Shown: piece after piece, positions 25,240-37,518 of the stretch | Layout: each line of letters starts with the position of its first letter | Position numbering within the stretch: position 1 is the first letter of the stretch | NCBI GenBank assembly: GCA_049999805.1 | Contig: JBNGIO010006294.1 | Coordinates: forward strand, 65,711-124,107 | Length of the DNA: 58,397 nucleotides | Direction: 5' to 3' | Origin: Folioceros fuciformis | Taxonomy: Eukaryota | Program-made: the position numbers and the translations under genes | Notes under the pieces: generated by a model | Database searches by the model: none | Seen by the model: only the letters and a program-made list of their open reading frames with translations | Told to the model about the DNA's origin: nothing

Positions 25240-25906
25240 AGCCACAGCAAACCTCCACATTCAGTGTGTACATGTTGTGTGTCCTTGGTGTGGTCAGCAG
25301 GTGAAAGCGCAGGTAGGGTTTCGTGAGGCGCGGCAGCTGGTGGAGGTGTTTCATGGAGGGCGTTCCGACGTGATCAATTCCCGGGGTCGTGCCTTCCATG
25401 TTTGGGACCACAAGTGTTAGTTGTGGACAGTGTGCCCTTCTAGAGTTTGCGTTGTTGTGCGGCCACTATCTGGTCACGGTGTTCCTGAAGATAAGGTCAC
25501 CTATCTCGCTGACAACTTTTGGGAGCAGCAAAAGATGTGCGAAGCCGTCTGTCAGCATCACGCCCATCCTCGCCCATTTTGACATGGGTAGGAAATGGGA
25601 CAGGCACTACCGTTATCTTTCAGTACGACTAAGCAGGAACTTGGAGTACACATCCTGCAATGGATGGAACAATGGCAGATTAACTACCGACTCTGGCACA
25701 ACTAATGTGTAGGCGTCTGCTATCCGACATGAGTGCTGGAGTTTCAACAGCTTTGACAGGTATACATTGCGTGGCTATCTGCAAGCGCAGGAGCAGTGGG
25801 ATGCACGCATCTACGTGTCTCTGGGTGAGACGCGAAGAGTGCTACAGCAACAGTATAAAAAAGGCTTTTCTTGGTTTGCTCTCAGATGGAAACTAGCTTC
25901 CTTGTA

Positions 25907-28900
25907 CTACAAGGCTTCCCTGGTACCCTTGGAAGTAGCCTCCGGCCTGATAGTGTTTTGAAGCGCAGGCTTTGTCCTGTTGATGCATGATCTGGCACTG
26001 TAACGGGCTATGAGCAAGCGTATCGGAGGTTGGACATCTTCGTTTACTTTGATGCACACGAAGAAGAGGAGGCGGTAGATGAGGATCATGAGACAAAGAA
26101 CTCCCAAATCCCACCACTTGCTTCTGTCCATGTCGATCTGGTAGTTGTCTCTCAGAATTTGGTCTCCTTTGATGTGCAAGCCTGGGAACGGGCTGTCGAA
26201 GGTCACTCCTCGCAACTCGTTTTGATACATCCCCTGCATTGCCCACCCTGTGGATTTACCAGCTACTTGTTCCTGACTGAAAGGGGATGTAGCTGTGACA
26301 GGAGGGAAAAATTGACGGCATACCTGAAGAGCGTACAAGTGGAAGCTGAGGTAGGACATAGGATAGCGCCAAAAAGGCTTCGGGAGGTCATTGGGCAGTC
26401 GAAAAAATCCTGCAAGAAGCATATAGATTCCCTGTGTGGCCACGGCCGCACATTGCAGTATTATATGGCCGCACGTCATCAGGCATATGCATCAGGCAGG
26501 CAGTCAGTCATGTTTAACGCCTGTACCTGGATTCCTGCCCCAGTGATGATGCCCATGAGGAAGTTGGGGACCACACTTGCCACCGCCATCATCAAGCTCT
26601 CCACCACGGTAACACAGGCAAACAGGCACAGCACGAAGTAGGCAAAGTAGGAGAAGCCTGGATGCAGCTCCACCATGAAGTAGCAGATGGAGGCGGAAAC
26701 AGCACTGATGAGAAACAGGAAGGGCAGAGAGGAGATGGTGTTGCCCACCACAAACGCCACCACGCCGTAGTGCCCATTCAGCCTCTCCCGGTGATACACC
26801 TGCCAGTTTAATACTTCGCGTGTCAGGTTGGTGCGAAGTTTGCCCCGTGCCCAGGGCAGGAGATATGCTGAGGTACCTTCATGTCTTCCACGAAGGAGGG
26901 GAAGCCACCGATGGACATGAATGTGAGAAAGCCTGTCACGTACGACATGCAGGAAGCTCTGGCCTGCAGTATTATGTTACACAAAGCCGGTTACTTGAAC
27001 TTCGAGTGGATGCATGCATCTGCGCTCTTGAGAAGAAGTGGAGCAGGCGAGTGAGTAGAGACGGTTACCATGATTGCCCTGTAGTCGTTGCCTAGTTTGT
27101 AGTAGATTGTGCCGATGCACAGGCTTAGCAAGACGTAGATGGCAAGACGGAGCCAGTAGTAGCCCATGTCCCGGAACATGTTGGTGAACGATCTTCGGGT
27201 GAGGGTCAAGGACTGCATGAAGAAACTGGCTTGGCTGCTAGCTGACTCCAGCACGGTGCCCCTCTGTTTGGGACAGACATGGAGAGGCCAAGTGACAAAA
27301 AGGATGAGTGGCAAAGCCTGTTGGAGATGACGGTTTGAATTATGCACAGTTCAGTTGGACTGTACTATACCCTCTGGGACAGTTCGGCGACTCTGGCAGC
27401 CGCCAGCATCGCAGCCTCTGATGTTTGATAGGCATCCACCAGAACCTTGACAGCCTGATTTGCAGTCGTGTTTTCCAACGGATCGCTGTGAGATGCCTCG
27501 CTATCCGCCTGAAGAAGGCATTCCACAATGATCATTACATTGGACCGCAGGGCAGGTATACAGACGAAGCCAGCAAAGTTAAAGGCAGGTTGGATCCAGA
27601 GCACGCAGCATCGAATCGGATGATGAACATAGCACGTACCTTGAGGTTAAAGGAGCCAACTCGGAGAGTGACCTTCACCCTGTCGAAATCGGCGTTGATG
27701 GCACGAAGAAAATGGTCGGAAGGATTGCGGAGCGGAGGGCAGGGGAATCCGGCAGCGGCAAAGTGCTGCACGATGCATTGCCAAGCAATTCAACGACTTG
27801 TTTGCAACAATTTCCAGGCACATAATTGCATGGTCTGGTACCAGGTGCAGGCATAGGCAAGATAATTGGACCCGGTGATTCGGAAGGAAGCAGAGGTCAC
27901 CTCGCACGCTGAAGGGGCATCGCCGAAGTATATTAGCTTCCCTCCGGAGAGAAGCGTAAGATGGTCGAAGAGTTGGAACACCTCGCTGCTAGGCTGGTGA
28001 ATGGAGGCGATCACGGTGCGCCCGTCTCTTGCCAGATTGAGCAGCGTAGTCGTCACAAAGAAGGCCGAAGCACTGCAATGTGCATTTCATCGTCCAGTCA
28101 CGAGGGAGTCTGACAGATCTCATCGGGCCATTGACAAGATTCAGCCTGCTCACCTGTCCAGCCCGCTGGTGGGCTCGTCAAGAAATAGCAAGCGAGGTCG
28201 AGTGAGAATTTCCAGAGCGATGCTCACGCGCCTCTTCTCCCCTCCGCTCAGGCCCCGTAGATGCCAGTTGCCGACGTAGGTGTGGGCGCAATCCTGCAGC
28301 CCCATCTCCCGAATTGTGCTGTCCACGATCGCTCCTTTCTCCGCATTGCCCATGCTGTCGGGCAGCCGCAGCTGCGCCGAGAAGAGGATGGTCTCCCGCA
28401 CCGTCAGCGTCCCGATCAGGGAGTCCTCCTGCGTCACATAGGCCTGCAGCAGTAAGACGAACGATTCACCGTCATCGCCGACAACACAAGTACGTACACT
28501 CTTGCACCTCAGTCACGTCCGGGTCACAAGCTTGACGAAGGTCGTCGTCTCTCACCACAGTGCCGTAAGAACGCTGCGTGTGACATCCGTTGATGAGAAT
28601 GTCGCCCGTCTGGGTGGTGTTCCTGGCCAGTCTCCCCGCAAGCGCGTCCAACAAGGTGGACTTGCCGGAGCCGGAAGGGCCCATGATGGCCATGATGCTC
28701 CCGGGCTCGGCGTAGCCCGTGAGCCCATGCAGCACGGTGTGCGTCTCCCCCTTGGCGTTGGTGACCCGCACCCACACATCCGTCCACGTCAAGGTGGCGT
28801 AAATGCTGGGCCCGTCCTCAGCCTCCTCCATCTTGCTGCTCCCGCCCACGCCAGCGGCCTTCGCCCGAGCTTGCTTCAGCGCAGCTGCAGCAGGTCCAGA

Positions 28901-29080
28901 ACGCGGTGCTCCCTCTCCCGCACCCGCCGCCTGGTGCTTCCAAAGCAGCTGGCTTAGCGGGCTCATGCCGCCCCATTTCACGCCTCCCTCCTGCGCGGAA
29001 GGCACTGGCACCGGCAACGGTAGCGGCACAGCCTTGGCTGCAGACGCTGACGATCGGGTCGACGTGTTGGATTCTCTCAT
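25907..29080 (-). CDS. ABCG half-size transporter, ABCG11/WBC11-like (cuticular lipid exporter clade)
   Basis: Walker [14 protein letters not shown]-loop YVTQED, signature [24 protein letters not shown]-loop [39 protein letters not shown]; about 9 exons. Confidence 0.95.
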
Positions 29081-29894
29081 TCTCGTGCCCAGTCTCGGCC
29101 TGGGGTGACGCTCCGGTCCGGACACTGGACAGGACTTTGGTCGATGTGTTTCACGCTCCGAACCACCGCCTGTTCAAATTTCGCAGTTTCGCGGTCCGTG
29201 CTGTGGTGCAATCGACGCCCCGTCGTGAGCTCGAAACAATTTCAGCTCCTCGCAGTGCCACTGGCTCTGCCACCATGACCCGACTGGCCTGCTGCTGGTG
29301 CTGGTCTAGGACCTAGAGTCGGGTCGTGAGAAGTTGGGTCCGAGTCTTCTCCTGGAATTGGACGAAACTTCTCCTTCTTCTAGTGGGTGTGTGTGGATGT
29401 ACATTACATCGCTGGACTGAGGCGAGGAGGTGGCCTCGATCGAGCGGAACGCATTCATGTCACGGGCACTGACAACCGTGGCATCCTAGACCCGGAGGCC
29501 CCCGAGCGAGTGACACGAATTGCAACACGGTGCTCACCGTGTACAAACCATGCGGCCACCAACTACCATGATGAGGCAGCGGATACAAGGGGGGTGAGTC
29601 ATGGACCGTGATCCTGCAACACCATGCTCGGCATTCAAGGCTAGGCACGCGAATGCACGTCACGGCGTCCCCGTGTGTTCCCGTCTCAGGCATCCGCCCG
29701 CACTAAACGGTGCACGATTGCGCAGGGTGGGATGCCATTGAACCCTACCTAGCTGCCATTCATATTCAAAGCCAGGTCCAGATCCAGGAGCAGGACTTTA
29801 GTACACAGCCTTCTCTTTCCTTGTCTGATTGTCATCAGTAGGCGGCAATGGGGAAGGAAAAGAATCAATTAGACCAACAATACATCCCCTCCTC

Positions 29895-32800
29895 CTAGGA
29901 AAGGCACACGGACAAATTCTGCTTCCTCATGGCCCGCACCATGTCGACAAGAAATCGGAGCACCTCTGCCAGGACCAGGGACAGGAACAAAATGATTCTA
30001 TAACCCACAGCTATGCCAGCTAAGATTAACAAGCTCACCCACTTTCCGTGGAACGAGTCCAGTTGAAACACGTCCTTCAGAACCTCCTGGCCCGATAGAG
30101 CAGCGGGAGCCGTGGAGTTGATTCCGGAGAACTCGTTCTGGATCAGGCCCTGCACATTTTTTGGTGCACCAGGTTCAGCCAGCAGCTGCAGCAGTAGAAA
30201 TGACAAGAGATGGAAAAGGTCAGCCAAGAGATGGCTGTCAGGGCCCGTGTGTAGGTACCTACCCCGACTGCGTATGAGTGGAAGGAGATGTAGGAAGCTG
30301 GATATTTCCAAATGGGCTTGGGCAGCTCACCTGAGAGCTGAAAGTACCCAGCCACTAGGAGGAAGAGGATCTGCAATGCCATCCATCACGAGAGGTGTGG
30401 TGAGCATCCGCCTGGGAAACAAAAAACAAAGAGGAAAGGGGATAAAAAGCACCGACGAAAAGGGGCGAGAAAAATACCTGCACCACAGCGATTAGAAGAA
30501 TGCCTTCGTACACTTTGGGCAGGAAAGAGGCCACCACCAGCAGAAGGCCCTCCACGATGGTGAGGCAAAGGAAGATGGTCAAGACGAAGTACATGAAGAG
30601 GCCAAACACTGGCCGAAGCCCGATCAAAAAGTACACGATTCCCGAGCATATGCTCGATAGCAGGAACAAGAAGGGGATGGAAGATAGCAGGTTTCCCAAA
30701 CAGAACATGACAGGACCGGTCTGCATATGCGATCGTTCTTGCCAATACACCTGCAACCGCCGTGGGTTAGAGTTTCAGTAAAAACAACGAGTGCGCAATC
30801 GACTCGAATCTGGATGTGAGGCCAGAACCAACCTACCTTGAGATCCTTCACCACGGCAGGAAACCCACCCGACGCAAGCAATGATATGAGCGAGACGCAC
30901 AGAAAAATTGCCGACGCTCTGGGCTGTCAATCTCAAATGCTGACTTGTTACGACTGATCGTGTTTCAAATTCAAGTCCGCACTCGGAATCACTGTCATGT
31001 CAACAAGAGGAGGGATTTGATCCGTGTACTTACCCGGACATTGTTCGGTTTGTCATCGATCTTGTAGAAGGCCGTTCCAATGCTTATCATCAGCAAACAG
31101 AAGACAGCCAGGCGCAGCCAGTAATACTTGAAGTCCCTTGTCATGTTCACATACGATCGCCATGTCATAATCCCCACTCGGATCAGGGTTCCTGCGGTTT
31201 TCCGCTCCTCCAAAGGTGGCCTTTCCTGAGAAAACCATAACAAGGTCACCGTCATGCTCCCAGGAGGGAAGGTCACTGTCAGCCGACTGTGAGCTTGGAG
31301 AAGGGAGCGTCTTGTCGACACTCGTTACCTGTTCTGCGAGGTCAAGGACGCGGGTTAGAACTGTGCTGGCATCAACCGAAGCCTGATAGGTGGTCTCCAG
31401 AGTACGAATGACCACCGAAGAATCCATCCTTTCGCGGAACAGGTCTCCTTGCTCGTAGTCCTGCATCAAGCAACGGCAATTTATTCACCAGTTGGATGGG
31501 TCCGGCTTCTGGAACAAACACCTTCGCTGGCGAGGATTTCACACTCTCACATCTCAAGATAAGATACCTGGCCAAGCCTTAGTGACATGACTGCCTTGTC
31601 GAAGTCGGGGTTGATGGACCGCAGGAAGTGGTCCGGCGGGCTCTGCAGTGCTGGGCAAGGAAACCCAGCCAGTGCAAAATGCTGTCAAGAAGCACATGTG
31701 GTGGTGAGGAAACCCCTGCCGGCCGACCGCAACACCTGTGCTACACCAACATGCAAACGGAGTCCACAACATTGAGCTGGATCCAGGGAAGATCGATCAC
31801 GTACTTCCAACGCCCCCACGGCTTCACCGAAGTAGATGGTTCTACCATGAGAGAGCAGCAATAGGTTGTCTAAGATGGTGAAAGCCTCACTACTGGCATG
31901 CTGCAGACTGATGAGCACTGTGCGACCCTTGTTAGTCAAGTTCTTCAGAGTGGCCATGAACATCAATCCTGCCACACTGATAGCAAGACATCGATACCCA
32001 TACGATGTCAGCGATTGCAGGAAGAAAGAACGCAAGTCCAGAACATGAGCCGAAGCAAGAGCATGGACTTGCGCAAGACACTGAGAGCACCACAATGTTT
32101 GTACCTGTCAAGGTTGTAGTTAGGCTCGTCTAGAAACACCAATCGAGGCTTGGTTAGTAGCTGTACAGCGATGCTCAAGCGCTTTTTCTCCCCCGTCGAA
32201 AGAGCTGCGATCCTGGACGTGGCATATGCAGTGAGAGAAGTCTCGGCAATCGCTGCTTCCACTAGGGAAGATTTCTCCACGCATGAAATACTGCATTCTG
32301 GGAAGCGGAGTAGCGCCGAGTAGTGCAGAGCTTCCCGGATGGTCAGAGTCTCTATCATGTCCTCCTCCTCCTTTTGCACATACACCTGAACATCACAACA
32401 GACATGACATGAGGATCCACAAAACTGCAGCAAAGGCAGCACGAGGACACAATGGGCCAACTTGGAGCACATCGTACATATGATCCAGGAGGAATGAACT
32501 GTGGACGCCCATTGAGAATGATCTCTCCATACACTCTGGCGTACGATGGCAGAGTCCCTGAAGCAACACACGGACGAAGCAAGCGTGAACGACATGTACA
32601 GACAAGCAAGGGGAAGGACACGAAGAAGGACGGCTCACCCGCCAGAGCCCTCAAGAGAGTCGACTTCCCACACTGTGGCGGACCCATCACGGCCAGCAGC
32701 TTCCCGGGCAGGGCATACCCTGTGAGGCCCTGCACCACCTTGTAGGGATGGCTGCGCTTCCCACCATACGCTACGGTGAGGTCCTTCCACACCAGCACAG

Positions 32801-33377
32801 CCCCGCGGTCCTGCTTCAGGGCCTGCCGTCTCTTGTCGGACTCCGACCGCAGCAGCGAGTCGTTCTCATCGTTGGGCTCCTCACCCTCCTGCTCGACCAC
32901 TGCAAACCCGCTGTGCACTAGTTTGAGGTCCTGCTCTCGGGCCTGGGACTGGGACTGGGCCAGGGCCTGGGCCTGGGCAGCCGCCTCCACCTCCTCCTCC
33001 TCCTGCTGGAACCTTTCGAGGTCCGGGACGTAGTAATCGGACGCCCTGGGCCCCTGCTCCTCCCACAGCGCCAGATCGCCCCCGGGCAGCTGCTGCATTC
33101 CGGGAAACGCAAACTCGGAGTCGGCGAGAAGAGCATTTTGCCTGGCCGACTCCCCCCACCTAGCATCCTCCCTGAAGGTGACGGGAGGCTCGTGCGCCAA
33201 GGGCACCGGCGGAGGAGATGCTTCCGCCACGCGCGCAGCCTGCCCCAAGGGACTCGGCCCCGGGCTCCGCTGCCGCCGGACGGAGAAGGGAACGCGCACG
33301 AATGGCGACTTGACCGCCCCGATGCTGGTGCCTGACAACTGGGACTCTGTCACTTCCGGAAGAAAGGCGGAAGCCAT
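29895..33377 (-). CDS. ABCG half-size transporter, ABCG3/WBC3-like, degenerate nucleotide-binding site
   Basis: GPPQCGKSTLLRALAG, YVQKEEED, LSTGEKKRLSIA, VFLDEPNYNLD, ISLQHAS, QSPPDHFLRSINPDFD, TWRSYVNMTRDFKYYWLRL, KPIWKYPASYISFH; long acidic N-terminus. Confidence 0.88.
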
Positions 33378-35787
33378 GTCGCAGCGGCTTCACCCGGGGG
33401 TAGCCGGGCTCCACGCGGCCATGAAGCTCTCTCCCCGAATTTCACCCACGGACGATGCTGGTACTACAACAGCACATTGCAATGCTCACCTCACCTCAGA
33501 GCTGAGCACGACCCACCTCACCTCCTCCTACTTACTGCCCACGACCCGCTTCTGCAATGCCGCAGACAACAACGTGAGAAAAGCTTCCACTCAACATTAC
33601 GCGTCCTTCCTCCACGCGACCCACTACACACCCACACGGACGCACCCGGGGGCGGAAGAAGAGGAAGACGCCAGAAATACCCAACCCAACAGAAACCAAC
33701 CAAGGCCGCATGTGGAATGCTCGTACGAATGAAGGAATCCGGCAAGAGCACTGAATTTGCTTGCCCCCTACAATCCCTCTTCACTCACAGAGAGGCAAAT
33801 CCCGGGGTGGCATTACCGTTCACCGCATTGACACCCGGGTGGGCGTTGGCGTTGACGTTAGCACTTCAGTCCAATCCCATCCACTCCAATCCGGTGCACG
33901 GTGACAACTCCTGCGCCCCCCCGGCGAGCGTCAGGGCGATCGAGCATGGGCGCAAATTTCACAGCAAGGAATCTGGAACTGGGACGACCCTCCCCAGCAA
34001 GCGGCAGCAGCAGGTTCAAAGCACAGGCAGAGTGAGGAGGGGTGGGGAAAGCCTCCGACGAGAAGACAGCCAGCGGCGAGAGCGGGACAAGAGCACCGGA
34101 CCGCGTGCAGCCGATCGTGACGAGTAGCGGAAACAACGCGGCAGAGACTGGCCCTGACTCTGGCCCTGCTCCTGCCCCTGCCCGCAGACGCAAATGCAGC
34201 TGGCTACTGGTCCAAAGGCTGGAAAGCGGAGGAGCGAGTCGGACACCAGCAAGGAGGAAGGGAGGAGAATGTTCAGTCTCACACCCGACCGGGGGCCCAC
34301 CACTGCCCAACATCCAGCCCCACCTCAGTCTCTCACTCTCCTTTTGCACTTGCCACTAAACCATTAAATGTGGACATTAATCTCCCACTCTGTGCCTGCT
34401 GCAGTGGCAGCCAGCCGGGCGGCCGGGCCTGGTCCCGAAGCAGGTGAAAATCGGAATCCCGTCCCCAAACCTTGCTCCATTACTCCACCCTCCTATCAAA
34501 CCGGCGGGGCGGGGAGGAGAGGGGAAGAGAGAGCCGGCGCGGCCCACATTCGGCCTCTCGCATGTCTGTACTTCCGCACTAAAACTCGTATCCCCTCTGT
34601 CGTTTGCACATATGGGGGAGCGAATAATGCACTGGCCTGCACTGCACTGCACAATATATGCAGGTACACGTTTCATTCTCATGTAATACCATGACATAAC
34701 ATGATTCTCAATTCACTACGTAATCACAGGCTTAGGCCTCTCTTGCACACATTCCAAACTTCACAGTGGATTGTTGGTTTTGCTTGTTCTGGTCCTTCAC
34801 AGTGGGTTGTTCCTTCTGGCTTCAGCATTCACGGTAGATGAGTTTTGCTATGATTGTTATGTGATAGTACGCGGGATTCAAAGTGAATTTAGGAGTTGAA
34901 ATCCGGAGATTTTACGGCATAGTTTAATGTACGCAAGTTAGTTTGTGATGCGGTAGCGTGTGGTGCCTGATGTGGTCGCGGGCGCCGGAGCCGGGGTCCG
35001 GGCCCCGGGCCAGGGTCCAGGGCCAGGGTCGCAGAAAGATATTGCGGAGTGAGTTTTTGAGAGCCGTTGGGCTACTTAGATCCGTTGCGCAATAATTCCG
35101 GGCCCTTTTGTTTATGTCTAAATTTCAGAGCCGGTCGGAGTCCCTGTTTTGACTGCTTTTTACCGTGTGCGACTTTGATTTACTGAGAGACGGCGGGTCA
35201 GCAGGGTAGAAAGTTGAAACGGACCCGGAAACGGACACGGACACGGACAGACAGCCATGATGCGCAAGCAAGGCAAGCTAAGGCAAGGCAAGGCAAAGCA
35301 AGGCGAGGAAAGGCGAAGCGGTTGAAGTTGGAAGGAGGCAGGAAACGCTCGTGAGTGAGTGGGAAGGGGGACCTTTGGCCTCCCGCCACTCTGGGTGCCC
35401 GCCAGCCTCCTGCTTCTCCTAGTTGCCTCGTGCTCCTTGTGTCGACTTCTCTTCTCGCGCCTCCTGCTGCGGTGTGGCGCAGGAGGGGGAGACCGCGCTT
35501 TGTCTTCCACGGATTCCGACCAGCAGCTGGGCTTTGATTTGCAGACGCGGTAGTGGTATATGGAGACTGATCCCGGGTAAGGCCCTACTGGTGAAAGAGC
35601 AGTGAGCGGGCTGTCCTGTCCACGCCTTTCGGGGTGGAGACGGAGGGTGGAAGGCAAGGAAGGAAGGATCGGAGGTAGGTTTTAAGGGTTAAGGATATGT
35701 GGTGGAGGATTCAGGGGGTTGTGGTTTCGGAGCTGAGGTGGGCGATTGCTGATTTGGGTTTCACAGGGTTGGGTCTGTATCGGGCAC

Positions 35788-37059
35788 ATGGTGCGACGAG
35801 AGGAGGAGGACTTTGAGGTGGCGTGGGAGGTGAAGGACTGGTTCAAGCTATGGGTTAGCCAAGTACCGGTGGAGCGGCTGATCGTGGGGCCGTACGAGGA
35901 GTATGGGGATGACGCAGTTCCGTTGTGCAGTGAGTGTGAGGAAGTTTGTGAATGGGTGTACTTCTCCAGGTATGGGTCGAGCCAGATCACCTGCCAATTG
36001 GCATGGCAGGATGTGGTGCTGGGAATGTTAGCAGTTCGGGAGGGAGGATTTTTGTCAAGGTTGGTTTGGGGCTGCTGGCTGATTGTTTCATTTGATTCAG
36101 GATCTGCTGTTGTGAATTACAGGAACCAGGGTGTGATCGGGGAACGCATTGTGTGTGGGAAGTGCGTGGATCTAGTTCAGCGTCGGCCTGGCACTAGGCA
36201 GTGGAAGACGTTTGTCAGGGAAGGGCTGGAGCAGCACATGGAAAACTGTAGAAAGCTGTCGAACCAAGCTGGACAGCTTCTTGTAGGAGCTCCTGAACCT
36301 CGCCGCTTAGCTCCTTCCCAAGCTCCGCCTCCACATGGCCTCGAGCTTGCCCTAGTCCCCGTGCCTTCTCCTGCCCACCTTCCCCCTCAACGTCCTCTTC
36401 ACCTTGCTCTAGCGCCGCCCAAACTTCCTCTTGCCCAACAACCTCCGCCTCTTAACCTTGCTCTAGCGCCTGAACTTCCTCTTGCCCGACACCCTCCTCC
36501 TTTTCAGTTTTCTCTAGCGCCTGAACTTCTTCTTGCCCAACAACCTCCTCCTCTTCAGCTTGCTCTAGCGCCAGAAGTTCCTCCTGCCCAACAACCTCCT
36601 CCTCTTCAGCTTGCTCTAGCGCCTGAAGTTTCTCCTGCCCAACCTCCGGCAGTGCCAGGATTCCTCGAAGCTCCCCTTACTGCCCAACCCCGACTTGTTC
36701 TCCAACCAGGCCGAGGACCTACCAGAATGGACAACTCAGAACTCAAGCGGTACGAAGCAATGGAGGTCAGGAATCGAAGGTGGGCAGATCAGCTGCGGCC
36801 CATTATTTATGGCTACTTTGACGTGGGTCCTGACCGGGAATGCACAACACTCGACATTATGCTGCGCTACAGGGAGCTTCACAACCACGATGCTGATCCC
36901 ATCAATCTCCCTTCCTTGTATAAAATTCTCCCAAGGCTGGGCTTCGAGGTTGGGCCGGCTTCCAAATCACAACCTGGGAATCGGGCGTATCGAAAAGTTG
37001 GTGGTCTGGCACCGAAGTCTGTGTACGCGCTTCCCGAATCCGAACTCCTTGATATGTAG
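35788..37059 (+). CDS. Orphan protein: CxxC..CxxC finger, Pro-rich repeats, C-terminal winged-helix-like domain
   Basis: Stop-free 423-codon frame from ATG 35788; likely in-frame intron 35970-36122 (GTATGG...TTACAG, 153 nt) giving ~372 aa. Confidence 0.6.
   Translation: MVRREEEDFEVAWEVKDWFKLWVSQVPVERLIVGPYEEYGDDAVPLCSECEEVCEWVYFSRYGSSQITCQLAWQDVVLGMLAVREGGFLSRLVWGCWLIVSFDSGSAVVNYRNQGVIGERIVCGKCVDLVQRRPGTRQWKTFVREGLEQHMENCRKLSNQAGQLLVGAPEPRRLAPSQAPPPHGLELALVPVPSPAHLPPQRPLHLALAPPKLPLAQQPPPLNLALAPELPLARHPPPFQFSLAPELLLAQQPPPLQLALAPEVPPAQQPPPLQLALAPEVSPAQPPAVPGFLEAPLTAQPRLVLQPGRGPTRMDNSELKRYEAMEVRNRRWADQLRPIIYGYFDVGPDRECTTLDIMLRYRELHNHDADPINLPSLYKILPRLGFEVGPASKSQPGNRAYRKVGGLAPKSVYALPESELLDM
36403..36645 (+). 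repeat. 51-bp coding tandem repeat (LALAPEVPPAQQPPPLQ) x~5
   Basis: Units start 36403, 36457, 36508, 36559, 36610. Confidence 0.9.
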
Positions 37060-37308
37060 ATCAGGGTTCTCCTACTGGAGAACCCTGGTCCGTTTCTGTG
37101 CTGGCCTATTGACAGCAATCTCTTCTCCCGGCATTTAGCGCACGAGAAAGATAATCCGCTTTTTCCATTTTCCTACGACCTTGGACTTTTGTACATAAAC
37201 CCTGAAGTNNNNNNNNNNNNNNNNNNNNNNNNNNNNNNNNNNNNNNNNNNNNNNNNNNNNNNNNNNNNNNNNNNNNNNNNNNNNNNNNNNNNNNNNNNNN
37301 NNNNNNNN

Positions 37309-37387
37309 GGCTCGGAAGGCTCGTCGTTGTCTAGACACACGGGCTCGGAAGGCTCGTCGTTGTCTAGACACACGGGCTCGGAAGGCT
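37309..37387. repeat. 33-bp tandem repeat abutting assembly gap
   Basis: GGCTCGGAAGGCTCGTCGTTGTCTAGACACACG twice plus partial, immediately after N run 37209-37308. Confidence 0.85.
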
Positions 37388-37518
37388 TAGGTGTTGTTCG
37401 GGCTTGTAAGAAGTAGGCGCTTTGATTCAATCTGCCAATACCTCACACTGCCTTCGCGATGTTTAACGTTCTTGGAGGGATGAGCCCGCTACACATTTCA
37501 CGGTCATCAAGTATGCAA

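Noticed and set aside
33400-35660. Several 100-216 aa ORFs upstream of the ABCG3-like gene
   Set aside because: GC-rich promoter/UTR with microsatellites; overlapping ORFs on both strands without motifs or consistent splice structure
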